This document shows, in pieces, positions 29,543-39,443 of a stretch of 64,000 nt of DNA. The stretch covers positions 4,655,682 to 4,719,681 of the forward strand of contig CBDASK010000003.1 of the NCBI GenBank assembly GCA_965199495.1, in the 5' to 3' direction. Below the pieces are notes generated by a model. It was given only the letters and a program-made list of their open reading frames with translations, was not told where the DNA came from and did no database searches. The number at the start of each line of letters is the position of its first letter. Position 1 is the stretch's first letter. Both the position numbers and the translations under genes were made by a program. The stretch is from Abditibacterium sp. (GTDB taxonomy: Bacteria > Armatimonadota > Abditibacteriia > Abditibacteriales > Abditibacteriaceae).

Positions 29543-30379
29543 TTAACGGTTGTTCAAAGCAGCCACGGCGCGTTCGACATCGCCACCGCACCTTTCTAAC
29601 GCCGCACCCGCCGTGGCTGCATCGGCGCCCGACAGTTCCATCACTAAACGCCGCGCGCGGTCGCGCAGTTTGTCGCACGAGAGTTTGAGATGCGTCATCT
29701 TATTGCCGTCCACGCGGCCCAATCTCAACATAATTCCGGTTGAAATCATGTTCAAAATCAGCTTTTGCGCTGTGCCCGCTTTCATACGGGTCGAGCCGGT
29801 CAAAGCCTCCGGCCCGACGGCGGGCGCGATGTAGACATCGCAGTGATTTTTCATAGCGCCAGCGGGATTGACCGAAACGCCCGCCGTGAAACAGCCGTGT
29901 TGCCGCGCCCAGTCCAAGGCGCCCAAAACGTAGGGTGTGCGCCCCGACGCCGCCAAACCGACGACGCAATCTTTCGTGGTCACGCCCGCATTTTGCAAAT
30001 CGCGCGCGCCGCCATCGGGCGAATCTTCGGCGCCCTCGCGCGAACGAAACACGGCCTCCGGCCCGCCCGCGATAATGCCTTGCACCAATTCGGGCGCAAC
30101 ACCAAACGTCGGCGGACATTCGGACGCATCAACCACGCCCAAACGCCCTGATGTGCCCGCGCCGATATAAAACAAACGCCCGCCATTGGCAATGCGCGGC
30201 GCGATGGCGTCAATAGTTTGCGCGACGAGCGGCAAAACTTCGCGCACGGCGACGGCGACGCGTTGGTCTTCATCATTAATCAGTTGCAACGCTTCGAGCG
30301 TAGGAAGTTGCGATAGATTCGCCGTGGCTGCATTGGCGGCTTCGGTCGGGAGATCGGAAAGATTTTCGGGGAAATTCAT
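29543..30379 (-). CDS. murQ: N-acetylmuramic acid 6-phosphate etherase
   Basis: GAGTSGRLGVVDASECPPTFG, GLAASGRTPYV, GPEALTGSTRMKAGTAQK. Confidence 0.95.
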   Translation of the reverse strand: MNFPENLSDLPTEAANAATANLSQLPTLEALQLINDEDQRVAVAVREVLPLVAQTIDAIAPRIANGGRLFYIGAGTSGRLGVVDASECPPTFGVAPELVQGIIAGGPEAVFRSREGAEDSPDGGARDLQNAGVTTKDCVVGLAASGRTPYVLGALDWARQHGCFTAGVSVNPAGAMKNHCDVYIAPAVGPEALTGSTRMKAGTAQKLILNMISTGIMLRLGRVDGNKMTHLKLSCDKLRDRARRLVMELSGADAATAGAALERCGGDVERAVAALNNR

Positions 30380-30388
30380 AGAGTGTTG

Positions 30389-30494
30389 AAACCGTAGAGA
30401 CACCGACTTGTCGTGTCTAAAATGTATATGAACGCGCGTTTGTTTGCGGATACCGCGACATTTTAGACACGACAAGTCGGTGTCTCTACGGTTT
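30389..30494. repeat. GTAG-type REP doublet (REPIN-like, family D)
   Basis: aaaccGTAGagacaccgacttgtcgtgtctaaaatgt and its inverted copy; each arm has an internal hairpin footed by GTAG. Confidence 0.8.
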
Positions 30495-30503
30495 GCACAA
30501 AAT

Positions 30504-32279
30504 CTACATCGCGTCCAAAGTTTGGATGCCCAGCAACGCCAATCCGCGCTCCAAAACATCGCCGGTTAAAGCCGTCAGCGCCAAGCGCGAGCTTTGAACG
30601 AGGGGCGCGGGCGCGGGTTCTTTGACAATCGGGCAATCGCGGAAAAACGCGGCGAATTTACCGGCCAATTCATACAAATAATCGCACAACAAATGCGGGC
30701 GATAATCTTCCAAAGCCGCGTCAATCGCTTCGCCGAAACGCGCGATGGTTTTGGCCAGTTCGATTTCGGCGTCTTCGTTCAACTCAATCGCCGTGGCTGC
30801 ATCGAATCTCACGCCTTTTTCGGCGGCGCGGCGCGCAATCGAGCGCGTGCGCACATAAGCATATTCCAGATAAACCGCGCTGTTGCCATTCAAAGCGACG
30901 GCTTTGTCCCACGAAAACACGTAATCCGAAGCGCGATTGCTGCTCAAATCGGCGTATTTCACGGCGCCAATGCCCAAAACGCGACCGACTTCATCGAGTT
31001 TGTCATCGCTCATTTCGGGATTGACTTCGCGCGCCAAATCGCGCGCGCGTTGCTCGGCTTCGTCCAACAAGTTGGTCAGCTTGACGGTGCCGCCTTCACG
31101 CGTTTTAAACGGCGTTTTGTCCTCGCCCAAAATCATGCCGAAACCGGCGTGAACCAATTCGATTTCGGTCGGTTTCCAACGGTTAAACGCGTCGAAAACC
31201 TGCCGAAAATGTTGCCCTTGCCGCGAATCGGTGACGTAAATTATTTCGTCGGGCGCCCACTTTTGCAGGCGATATTCCAGCGTCGCCAAATCGGTCGTCG
31301 CGTAAGTCGCGGCCCCGTCCGATTTGCGCACAATCGTTGGCGCGTCGGCCCATTCGCCGTCGCGATTGACTTTAAAAGGATCGGTTTTCGGTTCGCCCTT
31401 TTCGTCCGAAAACACAGCCACGGCGCCTTCGCTGGGACGCGCGACGTTGGCTTGCATCAATTCGTCAACTAAATTTTCCAGTCGGTCGTTATAAAAACTT
31501 TCGCCCAGCGTCACGTCGAATTCGATGCCCAAACGCGCGTAAATCCGGTCGAACTGCGCCTGCGACAGCGCGCGAACGCGCTCCCAAATCGCGCGGTTTT
31601 CTTCGTCGCCCGATTGCAATTTCGCGGTTTCATCGCGCGCCAACTGTTCGAGCGCGACATCGGTTTTCGCGCGTTCGTTGACAGATTTGTAAAGCCGCTC
31701 CATTTCGCCAATTGGATCGGTTTTCAGGTTTGCTTCGTCCAACTCCGATTTCCAGCCGACGATAATTTTGCCGAACGCCGTGCCCCAATCGCCGATATGA
31801 TTATCGGTGACAACCGTGTGACCTTTAAACCGCAGCAAACGCGCGATGGCGTCGCCGATAATCGTCGAGCGAATGTGGCCGACGTGCATCGGTTTGGCGA
31901 CATTGGGCGACGAGAAATCCACCACAATCGTCTGCGAATTGTCGGCTTTATCCACGCCTAAACGTTCGTCATTGCAGATTTCGTTGATATTTTTGGCAAG
32001 CCAATTGTTCGTCAAACGAAAATTAACGAAGCCCGGCCCGGCGATTTCGGGCGGCTCGCTGAGTGCAGCCACGTCGAGTCGCTCCATCACTTCATTGGCA
32101 ATTTCGCGCGGTTTGCGCCCCAGAACTTTGGCGAGTTGGAGCGCGCCATTCCACTGATAATCGCCGAATTTGGGATTGGTCGCGGGCACGATTTGCTGCG
32201 CCTCGTCGGGCGCGCCTTCGAGATTATAAAGCGTCAAAGCGGCGTCGAGGGCGCTTTGCAGTTGTTTTTTAGCGTTCAT
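30504..32279 (-). CDS. argS: Arginine--tRNA ligase
   Basis: FGDYQ, AGPGFVN, DFSSPNVAKPMHVGHIRSTIIGD, FKTREG, YLEYAYVR. Confidence 0.97.
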   Translation of the reverse strand: MNAKKQLQSALDAALTLYNLEGAPDEAQQIVPATNPKFGDYQWNGALQLAKVLGRKPREIANEVMERLDVAALSEPPEIAGPGFVNFRLTNNWLAKNINEICNDERLGVDKADNSQTIVVDFSSPNVAKPMHVGHIRSTIIGDAIARLLRFKGHTVVTDNHIGDWGTAFGKIIVGWKSELDEANLKTDPIGEMERLYKSVNERAKTDVALEQLARDETAKLQSGDEENRAIWERVRALSQAQFDRIYARLGIEFDVTLGESFYNDRLENLVDELMQANVARPSEGAVAVFSDEKGEPKTDPFKVNRDGEWADAPTIVRKSDGAATYATTDLATLEYRLQKWAPDEIIYVTDSRQGQHFRQVFDAFNRWKPTEIELVHAGFGMILGEDKTPFKTREGGTVKLTNLLDEAEQRARDLAREVNPEMSDDKLDEVGRVLGIGAVKYADLSSNRASDYVFSWDKAVALNGNSAVYLEYAYVRTRSIARRAAEKGVRFDAATAIELNEDAEIELAKTIARFGEAIDAALEDYRPHLLCDYLYELAGKFAAFFRDCPIVKEPAPAPLVQSSRLALTALTGDVLERGLALLGIQTLDAM

Positions 32280-32284
32280 TTTGA

Positions 32285-32389
32285 TCAGGAAACAGGAGAC
32301 AGGAGACAAGGGACACAGGAAAAGAACTTGGTGCCGCGACATATCGGTGCTTGCCCAGTCTCCTGTCTCCCTCGTCTCCTGTTTCCTGA
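32285..32389. repeat. Inverted heptamer-repeat element (acaggag)n / (ctcctgt)n
   Basis: tcaggaaacaggagacaggagac...gtctcctgtctccctcgtctcctgtttcctga. Confidence 0.75.
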
Positions 32390-32391
32390 AA

Positions 32392-33771
32392 TTACCAAGC
32401 TCCCGCGATGCTTTCGATTTCTTCCTTGAAATTTTTCTGAATCCGCCGCGCCTTTTCTTCCGTATCGGCTTCCAAAATCAAGCGCACGAACGGTTCGGTG
32501 CCCGAAGGCCGAACGTGAACCCAACTGCCGTCGGGAAAGCTCATGCGCAAACCATCGTCTTCGTTGATTTCGGCGTTCTTCTCTTTCGACTTGAGCCACT
32601 GCAAAAGCTGCGGCACGCGTTCGAGCGGAAATTCGTGGACGGTTTTGAGAATCGAATAGCGCGGCAATTCTTTGTCAATTTCGCTTGACGTTTTATTTTC
32701 TTTGGCCAAAAATTCCAGCGTCAAAGCGATGGCGGCGATGCCGTCGCGGCCCAACTGCATTTCGGGCCAGATCACGCCGCCGTTGCCTTCGCCGCCAATC
32801 GCCGCGCCCACCGCGCGCATCTTGCCCGAAACATTGGCGTCGCCAACCGGCGTGCGAAAAACTTCTTGGCCGTATTGCGCGGCGACGGTTTCGACGGCGC
32901 GCGTCGTTGATAAATTGGTCACGACCGGGCCTTGCACGCGATTTTTCAGAACGTGCGCGACACCCCACACCAGCGAATAATCTTCGCCGATGCACTCGCC
33001 CAAATCGGTGACAATCGCCACACGGTCGGCGTCGGCGTCGTGGGCGAAACCGATGTCGGATTCGTGCATTTTGACGGCGTTGCAAAGCTGAACCAAGTTT
33101 TCGTTGAGCGGTTCGGGATTGTGCGGAAATAATCCGGTCAATTCGCCATTGATGACTTTGACATCGCAATTGAGACGTTCCAACAGTTCGGGCGAAATCG
33201 TGCCGCCCGCGCCGCAACAGGCGTCGAGAACGACCTTGAAATTGCGCGCGCGAATCGCTTCGACATCCACTAAATCCAAAATCGCTTGCAAATGCGCTTC
33301 GATGGCATCAACGTCGTTTTCGAGCGTGCCCATGTCGCGCCATGAACCGCAATCGAAGTTTTTCTGGTTGTAAAGTTCGATCACTTCGCTGCCCTGCGCT
33401 TTGTCGAGATACATGCCCGACGGCGCGAAAAACTTGAGCGCGTTCCACTCAACGGGATTATGCGAGGCGGTAATACAAATCGCGCCATCGGCTTTGTGGC
33501 GCGGAATCGCCAGTTGCAAAGTCGGCGTGGCGACAACGCCCAGATCAACGATGCGGCAGCCCGAAGCCATCAGGCCGGACAACACGGCGTGATACATCAT
33601 TTGGCCCGAAGGACGCGTATCACGCGCCAGCAAAACGAGCGGGCGCGGATTGGATTTTTTGAGGTAAGCGGCATAAGCCTGGACGAAATCGAGCGCCATG
33701 CCCGGCGTAAATGCCGAACCGATGACGCCACGAATGCCCGAAACCGAAATCATTAAAGCGGGAGAACTCAT
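32392..33771 (-). CDS. Phosphoglucomutase/phosphomannomutase/phosphoglucosamine mutase family protein
   Basis: SVSGIRG, ITASHNP, HDADADR, GGEGNGG, VRPSGTEP. Confidence 0.92.
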   Translation of the reverse strand: MSSPALMISVSGIRGVIGSAFTPGMALDFVQAYAAYLKKSNPRPLVLLARDTRPSGQMMYHAVLSGLMASGCRIVDLGVVATPTLQLAIPRHKADGAICITASHNPVEWNALKFFAPSGMYLDKAQGSEVIELYNQKNFDCGSWRDMGTLENDVDAIEAHLQAILDLVDVEAIRARNFKVVLDACCGAGGTISPELLERLNCDVKVINGELTGLFPHNPEPLNENLVQLCNAVKMHESDIGFAHDADADRVAIVTDLGECIGEDYSLVWGVAHVLKNRVQGPVVTNLSTTRAVETVAAQYGQEVFRTPVGDANVSGKMRAVGAAIGGEGNGGVIWPEMQLGRDGIAAIALTLEFLAKENKTSSEIDKELPRYSILKTVHEFPLERVPQLLQWLKSKEKNAEINEDDGLRMSFPDGSWVHVRPSGTEPFVRLILEADTEEKARRIQKNFKEEIESIAGAW

Positions 33772-33808
33772 GGTTTGTAAAGTGAACGCCGCCAAGTTTA
33801 ACAACTGC

Positions 33809-34759
33809 CTATTCCAAGAGGTTTTTGATTTGGTGAGTTGGCACTTTTCCAACTAACCAATTGCGCAGAAATGAGCGAGCTTCGAGGAGTTCGTGTTGAC
33901 TGGGTGTAAGCATCAGCCGAATCGGAGTAGAAAAGAAGTGAGACTCGACTTTCCATGAAGAACGCTGTTCTTTTTCATCTTCATTGGAACATTCCCAATC
34001 CCATCCCACTGGAACGAAATTCTGTATAAAGATCGGCTCCCAATCTACTGGCATTGACCAAAAATCGCTTTCGTCAATTCCATCCATTATGGTTTGTTGA
34101 AACGGCGTCCAAGCATAGAAATGAAATGTTTTCTCGCTTGGTTCAATTTTAGACCCATAAGAATCTGTGGGACTTTTGTTATAGTGAATTACCGCGCACG
34201 ACTGCAAAACGCTTTTCCATTCGGCAAGCGAGCCGCGCAACCACAAGAGAGGCTGATTTTGCCGCTCTGATTCGGCCAACGAACGTTGCCACAACTGATT
34301 CATCGCAGCCGATTGCGAAGCCGCGATCGAGTTTTTTGAATCGGGCGAAGCCAAATCTGAATTCCACTTTTGACCTTTGAACTCCATCCAATCGCCACCG
34401 CACCAATCGCGCGCCCACGATCTTCCGTTATTCGCTTGCAAAATGAGAAAAGTAGCGAATCCTTGAGGTCGTCCCATTTCGCGCGAAGTTGCCGTCAATT
34501 CACCGAAATCGCCGCACTTCACGCGGTCTTGCCAAAACTCCACTAATTCCGTTTTGCCTTCGCATGGCGTCACAACCGCGAATACCTTTTCGGGCGCATC
34601 TGCGGCGCAAAATAATGAGCGTTCGTCCCAAACTTTGATCCACTATTCGCTCTCGCGTCTGCCGATTTTGCCCTGCGTTTTGATGTGCGGCAGTGGCACG
34701 CCCGCGATCTCGAATTGCCAGAATAATTGGCCCAGTCGGTGAAGATTATCTTGTAACAT
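33809..34759 (-). pseudogene. Hypothetical protein interrupted by an in-frame TAG at 34643-34645
   Basis: The frame of ORF 33809..34573 continues upstream through a single TAG to ATG 34759 (MLQDNLHRLGQLFWQFEIAG...RRESE*WIKVWDER...). Confidence 0.5.
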
Positions 34760-34790
34760 TAGCGCGTCTCATTTTGCCATACTTGCGATC

Positions 34791-35129
34791 ATGAAACGCG
34801 CCATTGACATCAGCCACGTCGCGCCCGAACTGTTGAATCACGCGCTCGATATGAGTTTGGAATGGGGCGAAAACTGGCTCCAACCGATCAACGACCGCAT
34901 CCGCGCCGCCCACCCCGAACTGACCGCCGACGAGGCGCAAACGCTGGACAATTGGTGCATCGAGGCCAGAGAATTCGCCTACGCCGAAGTCGAGAAGTGG
35001 TATGCGCGCGAAGTCGAAGACAAAGCCCAGCGAGCGATGGAAACCACGCGGCAGAAATATCCGCAAATTGATGAACATAATCTCTCGCATCTATATAATC
35101 AGGGCATGTATTACGCGTGGCACGGCTAA
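34791..35129 (+). CDS. Hypothetical protein
   Basis: 112-aa ORF with host-like codon usage (ALDMSLEWGENWLQPINDR...QGMYYAW). Confidence 0.7.
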   Translation: MKRAIDISHVAPELLNHALDMSLEWGENWLQPINDRIRAAHPELTADEAQTLDNWCIEAREFAYAEVEKWYAREVEDKAQRAMETTRQKYPQIDEHNLSHLYNQGMYYAWHG

Positions 35130-35145
35130 ACTTTCGACGAATCCC

Positions 35146-35589
35146 ATGAACATTCGCCCCGCCACGCGCGCCGATATTCCGCGCGTTTACGAACTTATCT
35201 GCGAACTCGCCGAATATGAAAACGCGCGCGAACAAGTTGAAACCACGCCCGAAATTTTGGAGCGCGACGGTTTCGGCCTCAGTCCGCTTTATTCCTTGCT
35301 CGTGGCTGATAATGGCAGCCACGTCGTTGGGATGGCGCTTTGTTATTTTCGTTATTCGACGTGGAAAGGCAAACGCTTGTATCTCGAAGATTTGATCGTG
35401 ACCGAAGCGGCGCGCGGCCAAGGCGTTGGTAAAGCGTTGCTTAACGCGACGATAGCCTTGGCGCGGCAAACCGATTGTTCGGGTTTGATGTGGCAGGTTT
35501 TGGATTGGAATGAAAGCGCGATCCGGTTTTATGAAAAATTCGGCGTGCGCATGGAGACCGAGTGGAACACGGTTCATCTCGATTTTTAA
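35146..35589 (+). CDS. GNAT N-acetyltransferase (spermidine/diamine acetyltransferase-like)
   Basis: IRPAT, ELAEYE, YSTWKGKRLYLEDL, RGQGVGKAL, VLDWNESAIRFY. Confidence 0.9.
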   Translation: MNIRPATRADIPRVYELICELAEYENAREQVETTPEILERDGFGLSPLYSLLVADNGSHVVGMALCYFRYSTWKGKRLYLEDLIVTEAARGQGVGKALLNATIALARQTDCSGLMWQVLDWNESAIRFYEKFGVRMETEWNTVHLDF

Positions 35590-35783
35590 AAGTCTGAGAG
35601 GGCACGTTCATCAACCTTTTACCCAAACGAAATTTAAACGAAATAATTGAGAAACGGAAGCGCAATTTCCGCTACCTAAGCTGAATCCCATGCGCAGGAT
35701 GCCAGCCTGTTTTTCAGGCCATCGGGCACCGCGTCGCTTCGTAACCCTTTGCGGTTCGGATCGTTCTTCGGAACTTCATCACT

Positions 35784-37550
35784 ATGCGACTTCTCTCTTC
35801 TCGTTCGCGCCCCGCCATGCTGGGGCTACTACTGACCCTCACCGTTGGTGGCGCGATGCTTCCCGCCACCAATACGGGTCTTCCCAACCCGTTGGGGGCG
35901 CGCATCGCGCTCGCCCAAGACGCGCCCGCTCCGGCGCCCGCTCCGGCGCCCACCGCCGAAGCGCCCGCAGCGGCGCCCGTTGGCGACGCCGCCTCTGATT
36001 CAACCGGAACGATGGCCGACATGGCCGATGCCAAAGGCAGCGTTTCCGAAGATCAAATGAAATCCATCAAGGCCGCCGGGCCGGGCGTTTCGTTCATGGC
36101 CGACGCCATCGGCCAAAACCGCACCGGCATCAACATGGTCTGGCTTTTGGTCACCGGCTTTCTCGTCATGTTCATGCAGGCGGGTTTCGCCTTGGTCGAG
36201 ACCGGTTTCACGCGCGCCAAAAACGCCGCGCACACCATGATGATGAACTTCGGCTGCTACTTTTTGGGCATCACCGGATTCTGGATTTGCGGTTTCGCTT
36301 TGATGTATGGCAATGCCGGGCCAATCGGCAACGTCGGCGGCACGCCGGGCATTACGGATACCGGCGCGTTCGGCCATTTCATGGGCGGCAGCTTGTTCGC
36401 GACACACGGTTTCTTTCTGGCGGGCAACGCCTACGATACCGGCACCTACGCGATGTTTTTGTTCCAGATGGTTTTCATGGACACCGCCGTCACGATTGTG
36501 ACCGGCTCGATGTGCGAACGCTGGAAGTTTTCGTCGTTCATCGTTTACGCGTTCTTCATGTCGTGCGTGCTTTATCCGTTGTTTGGCCACTGGGCGTGGG
36601 GCGGTGGCTGGTTGTCGCAGTTGGGCAAAAATTACGGCATCGGCAACGGTTATGTGGACTTTGCCGGATCGGGCGTGGTTCACGCGGTCGGCGGATTGTG
36701 CGCCTTGGCGGGTGCGATGGTGCTTGGCCCGCGCATCGGCAAATACAACAAAGACGGCTCGGCCAACGCGTTCGCCGGTCACGATATTCCCATCGCGATT
36801 CTGGGCGTTATTATTCTGGGCTTCGGCTGGTTCGGCTTCAACCCCGGCTCGACCTTTGGCGCGAGTGGCGCTGGCAACCTGCGCATCGGCATCGTGGCCA
36901 CCACGACGATGTTGGCCGGAGCGGGCGGCGCGATTTCTTCGATGTTGTATGCCTACGCCAAGGTCAAAAAATGCGATGTCGGCATGGTTTGTAACGGCTT
37001 TTTGGGCGGCTTGGTCGCCATCACGGCGCCTTCGGCGTTTGTTTCGGGCACGGTCGGTTTCGGCATCGGTCTCATCGCGGGCATCTTGATCTGCGTCGCG
37101 ATGGAAATGTTCGATAAGTTCCACTTGGATGATCCGGTCGGCGCCTGTTCGGTTCACGGCGTTGGCGGTTTATTCGGCGTGTTGTGCGTCGGCCTGTTCT
37201 CCGATGGAACTTATGGCGGCGGCTGGAACGGCGTGACGGCGGCGCCCAAAGGCTTGCTGATGGGCGGCGGATTCGGCCAACTCGAAGCGCAAATCATCGG
37301 TTGCGTCGTTTTGATCGTGTGGGCGTTTGGCTTCTCCTATCTGTTCTTCAAAGTGCAGGACGCGGTCATGGGTCTGCGCGTGCGCCCCGAAGAAGAGTTG
37401 GCCGGATTGGATATGCCCGAAATGGGCATTCTGGCCTACCCGACGTTCCCGACCGAAACCGCCTACGAAAGCGGCACGATTTATGGCCAGCCCGTTTACG
37501 TCAACGGCAACGGCGTGGCTGCGGGTCAGGCACACGGACAGCCGGTTTAA
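35784..37550 (+). CDS. amt: Ammonium transporter (Amt family) with signal peptide and Ala/Pro linker
   Basis: FMQAGFALVE, DFAGSGVVH, GWFGFNPGS, GLVAITA, DDPVGACSVHG, EELAGLD. Confidence 0.95.
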   Translation: MRLLSSRSRPAMLGLLLTLTVGGAMLPATNTGLPNPLGARIALAQDAPAPAPAPAPTAEAPAAAPVGDAASDSTGTMADMADAKGSVSEDQMKSIKAAGPGVSFMADAIGQNRTGINMVWLLVTGFLVMFMQAGFALVETGFTRAKNAAHTMMMNFGCYFLGITGFWICGFALMYGNAGPIGNVGGTPGITDTGAFGHFMGGSLFATHGFFLAGNAYDTGTYAMFLFQMVFMDTAVTIVTGSMCERWKFSSFIVYAFFMSCVLYPLFGHWAWGGGWLSQLGKNYGIGNGYVDFAGSGVVHAVGGLCALAGAMVLGPRIGKYNKDGSANAFAGHDIPIAILGVIILGFGWFGFNPGSTFGASGAGNLRIGIVATTTMLAGAGGAISSMLYAYAKVKKCDVGMVCNGFLGGLVAITAPSAFVSGTVGFGIGLIAGILICVAMEMFDKFHLDDPVGACSVHGVGGLFGVLCVGLFSDGTYGGGWNGVTAAPKGLLMGGGFGQLEAQIIGCVVLIVWAFGFSYLFFKVQDAVMGLRVRPEEELAGLDMPEMGILAYPTFPTETAYESGTIYGQPVYVNGNGVAAGQAHGQPV

Positions 37551-37564
37551 GAAAATCATAACTC

Positions 37565-37603
37565 AAAAAGCGCCGCTCGATTGGATTCGAGCGGCGCTTT
37601 TTT
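37565..37603 (+). terminator. Intrinsic terminator
   Basis: aaaaagcgccgctcga-ttggat-tcgagcggcgctttttt. Confidence 0.8.
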
Positions 37604-37624
37604 GTTGGCGGTAAAATTTATCGG

Positions 37625-38287
37625 ATGGAAAATTATGAAATTCCCAATTATTCCTCGCGCAAAGCCGCGCTAATCGAAGAAATCATCGCCGCATTCGATG
37701 GCGTTTCGCGCAAGGGCGGCGTTTCGATGAGCGAGGCCGCAGTGATTGACGATTATGGCGACGTCGGGGAGCGCTATATGGCGCGGCAAGAAGACAAAGA
37801 TACGCGTTGGGAAGAAATCACCATCGAGCAGTTGGAGAATGGTTGGGAGCTTATCTTTTTAGATGCGATTGGTTTCCGTTATTACCTGCCCGCCTGTTTG
37901 CTCTATGCTTTACATCAAGCGGCTACAACGTGGGAAGAGCATTATAATAGCGCGAGATTCGCTCAACATAATCACAGCTTGCTCATTTTCACACTCACAT
38001 CGGAAGAAACCGAAGATTATCATTCGGCTATTTTCGAGATATTCACACCCGCACAAAGCCGCGCCATCGCGCATTATCTTCAACTCGACGCCGAACGCAC
38101 CGATGTCATTTTGAGAGAACAAGCGGAACGTGAGGCAAGAGAAGAAGCAGAATATCAGGCATCCCTACCAGAAGAGGAAAGGGAGAATCCGCAAGAACTC
38201 GGCGCCGACGAGTGGAAAGAATTTGCTCGCCAACCCTCCAACAAATCTCGCTACGCGTTGGAAAATTACTGGCATCGTTTTTTGTAA
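37625..38287 (+). CDS. Hypothetical protein (DUF6714-like)
   Basis: IIAAFDGV...EAAVIDDY...W.EI...FLDAIGFRYYLPA pattern (family recalled, not searched). Confidence 0.6.
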   Translation: MENYEIPNYSSRKAALIEEIIAAFDGVSRKGGVSMSEAAVIDDYGDVGERYMARQEDKDTRWEEITIEQLENGWELIFLDAIGFRYYLPACLLYALHQAATTWEEHYNSARFAQHNHSLLIFTLTSEETEDYHSAIFEIFTPAQSRAIAHYLQLDAERTDVILREQAEREAREEAEYQASLPEEERENPQELGADEWKEFARQPSNKSRYALENYWHRFL

Positions 38288-38306
38288 AATCAATGGGGAG
38301 CAAACT

Positions 38307-38903
38307 ATGATCGCATTTGAAATTCATTTGAACGGCGAAAAACTCTGCGTTGCGGGCATCGGCGAACGCGGCGTTTTGTCGCAACATCTGTCGTGGGTCG
38401 GACGCGAACTCAAAGCGAAGGATGTCGAACTCAAGACCATCGAACCTTACTTACACATCGGCGGTTTGGTCAACGACCAGCATGTGAGTTGGATCAAACA
38501 AAGGACGCTCGATGTCGGCGATGAAGTCGTCATTAAAATCGTCGAAGTCGAAGTCGCCGACGAACCAACGAACCGCGAGCCACGCGAAAGCGACGAAGAA
38601 CGCGCGCGCAAAGTGCGCGATGGATTGGACGCCACCAAAGCGTTGCTGCCGTCGCCTTTGGTCGAGGGTGAATTCCTGGCGAGCCTGCGCGAATACGAAC
38701 AACTGTTGGCGGCGTATGAACCGGAAATGAGCGTGAAAGTTCTGGCAAACTTGGGCGATTTGAACAATTGCGCGCCCGAATTTTGGGAATCGTTGGAATT
38801 TGTCGCGTCGGAATTGCAGATGTATCAACCGCTCGATAGTTACCGCGCAAAAGCAAAACGGATTGAGGAATTGGAAGCTGACGCGTCCTCAACATCGCTA
38901 TGA
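38307..38903 (+). CDS. Hypothetical protein
   Basis: GGGGAG RBS before ATG (MIAFEIHLNGEKLCVAG); stop overlaps the next start (ATGA). Confidence 0.7.
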   Translation: MIAFEIHLNGEKLCVAGIGERGVLSQHLSWVGRELKAKDVELKTIEPYLHIGGLVNDQHVSWIKQRTLDVGDEVVIKIVEVEVADEPTNREPRESDEERARKVRDGLDATKALLPSPLVEGEFLASLREYEQLLAAYEPEMSVKVLANLGDLNNCAPEFWESLEFVASELQMYQPLDSYRAKAKRIEELEADASSTSL

Positions 38904-39373
38904 TTCGCGTGCTTTTTGTCTGCCTCGCCAACGTCTGCCGTTCGCCGATGGCCGAAGCGGTTTTTGCCCAATTGGTCAAAGAGGCCGATTTGCAAAATTT
39001 CATTCAAGCCGATTCTGCGGGCACCGCCGATTGGGAAATGGGTTCGGCGGCGCATCCCGGAACGCTCGATGTTTTGGAGCAACACGGCATCGAATATGAC
39101 GGCCAAAGTCGCGCGTTGAAAAAAGCGGATTTGAACGAATTCGATTACATTCTCACGATGGACGAGGACAATTTGCGCGCCGTGCGTAAATTGGGAGGAA
39201 GTCAAGCGATGGTGGCGCCGCTTTTGAGTTTTGTGGCCGATACCGATTTGCGAGAAATTCCCGATCCTTATTTTGACAACGGCTTCGAGATCGTTTATTT
39301 GATGGTCTTCGCGGGCGCTCAAGGTTTATTGAGCGATATTATCGAACGGCATCAACTCAGCGTTAGCCGTTAG
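38900..39373 (+). CDS. Low-molecular-weight protein-tyrosine phosphatase
   Basis: VLFVCLANVCRSPMAE, DSAGT, FDYILTMD, IPDPY. Confidence 0.92.
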   Translation: MIRVLFVCLANVCRSPMAEAVFAQLVKEADLQNFIQADSAGTADWEMGSAAHPGTLDVLEQHGIEYDGQSRALKKADLNEFDYILTMDEDNLRAVRKLGGSQAMVAPLLSFVADTDLREIPDPYFDNGFEIVYLMVFAGAQGLLSDIIERHQLSVSR

Positions 39374-39443
39374 AAAATCGCGTTTCCAAACGCTAACAAT
39401 TCTCTGCGCGACAAAGCCGCGCGCGAAAGTCAAACTATCGCCG

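Noticed and set aside
30380..30559. N-terminal extensions of murQ, argS, glnII, ctpA and dnaX given by the ORF track
   Set aside because: They run through palindromic elements or neighbouring genes; internal ATGs match the family N-termini
35600..35700. Possible glutamine (glnA-motif) riboswitch upstream of amt (cgttcatc...acggaag)
   Set aside because: The closing GAAGGAACG strand and stable P2/P3 helices are missing; an Infernal search would be needed to revive it
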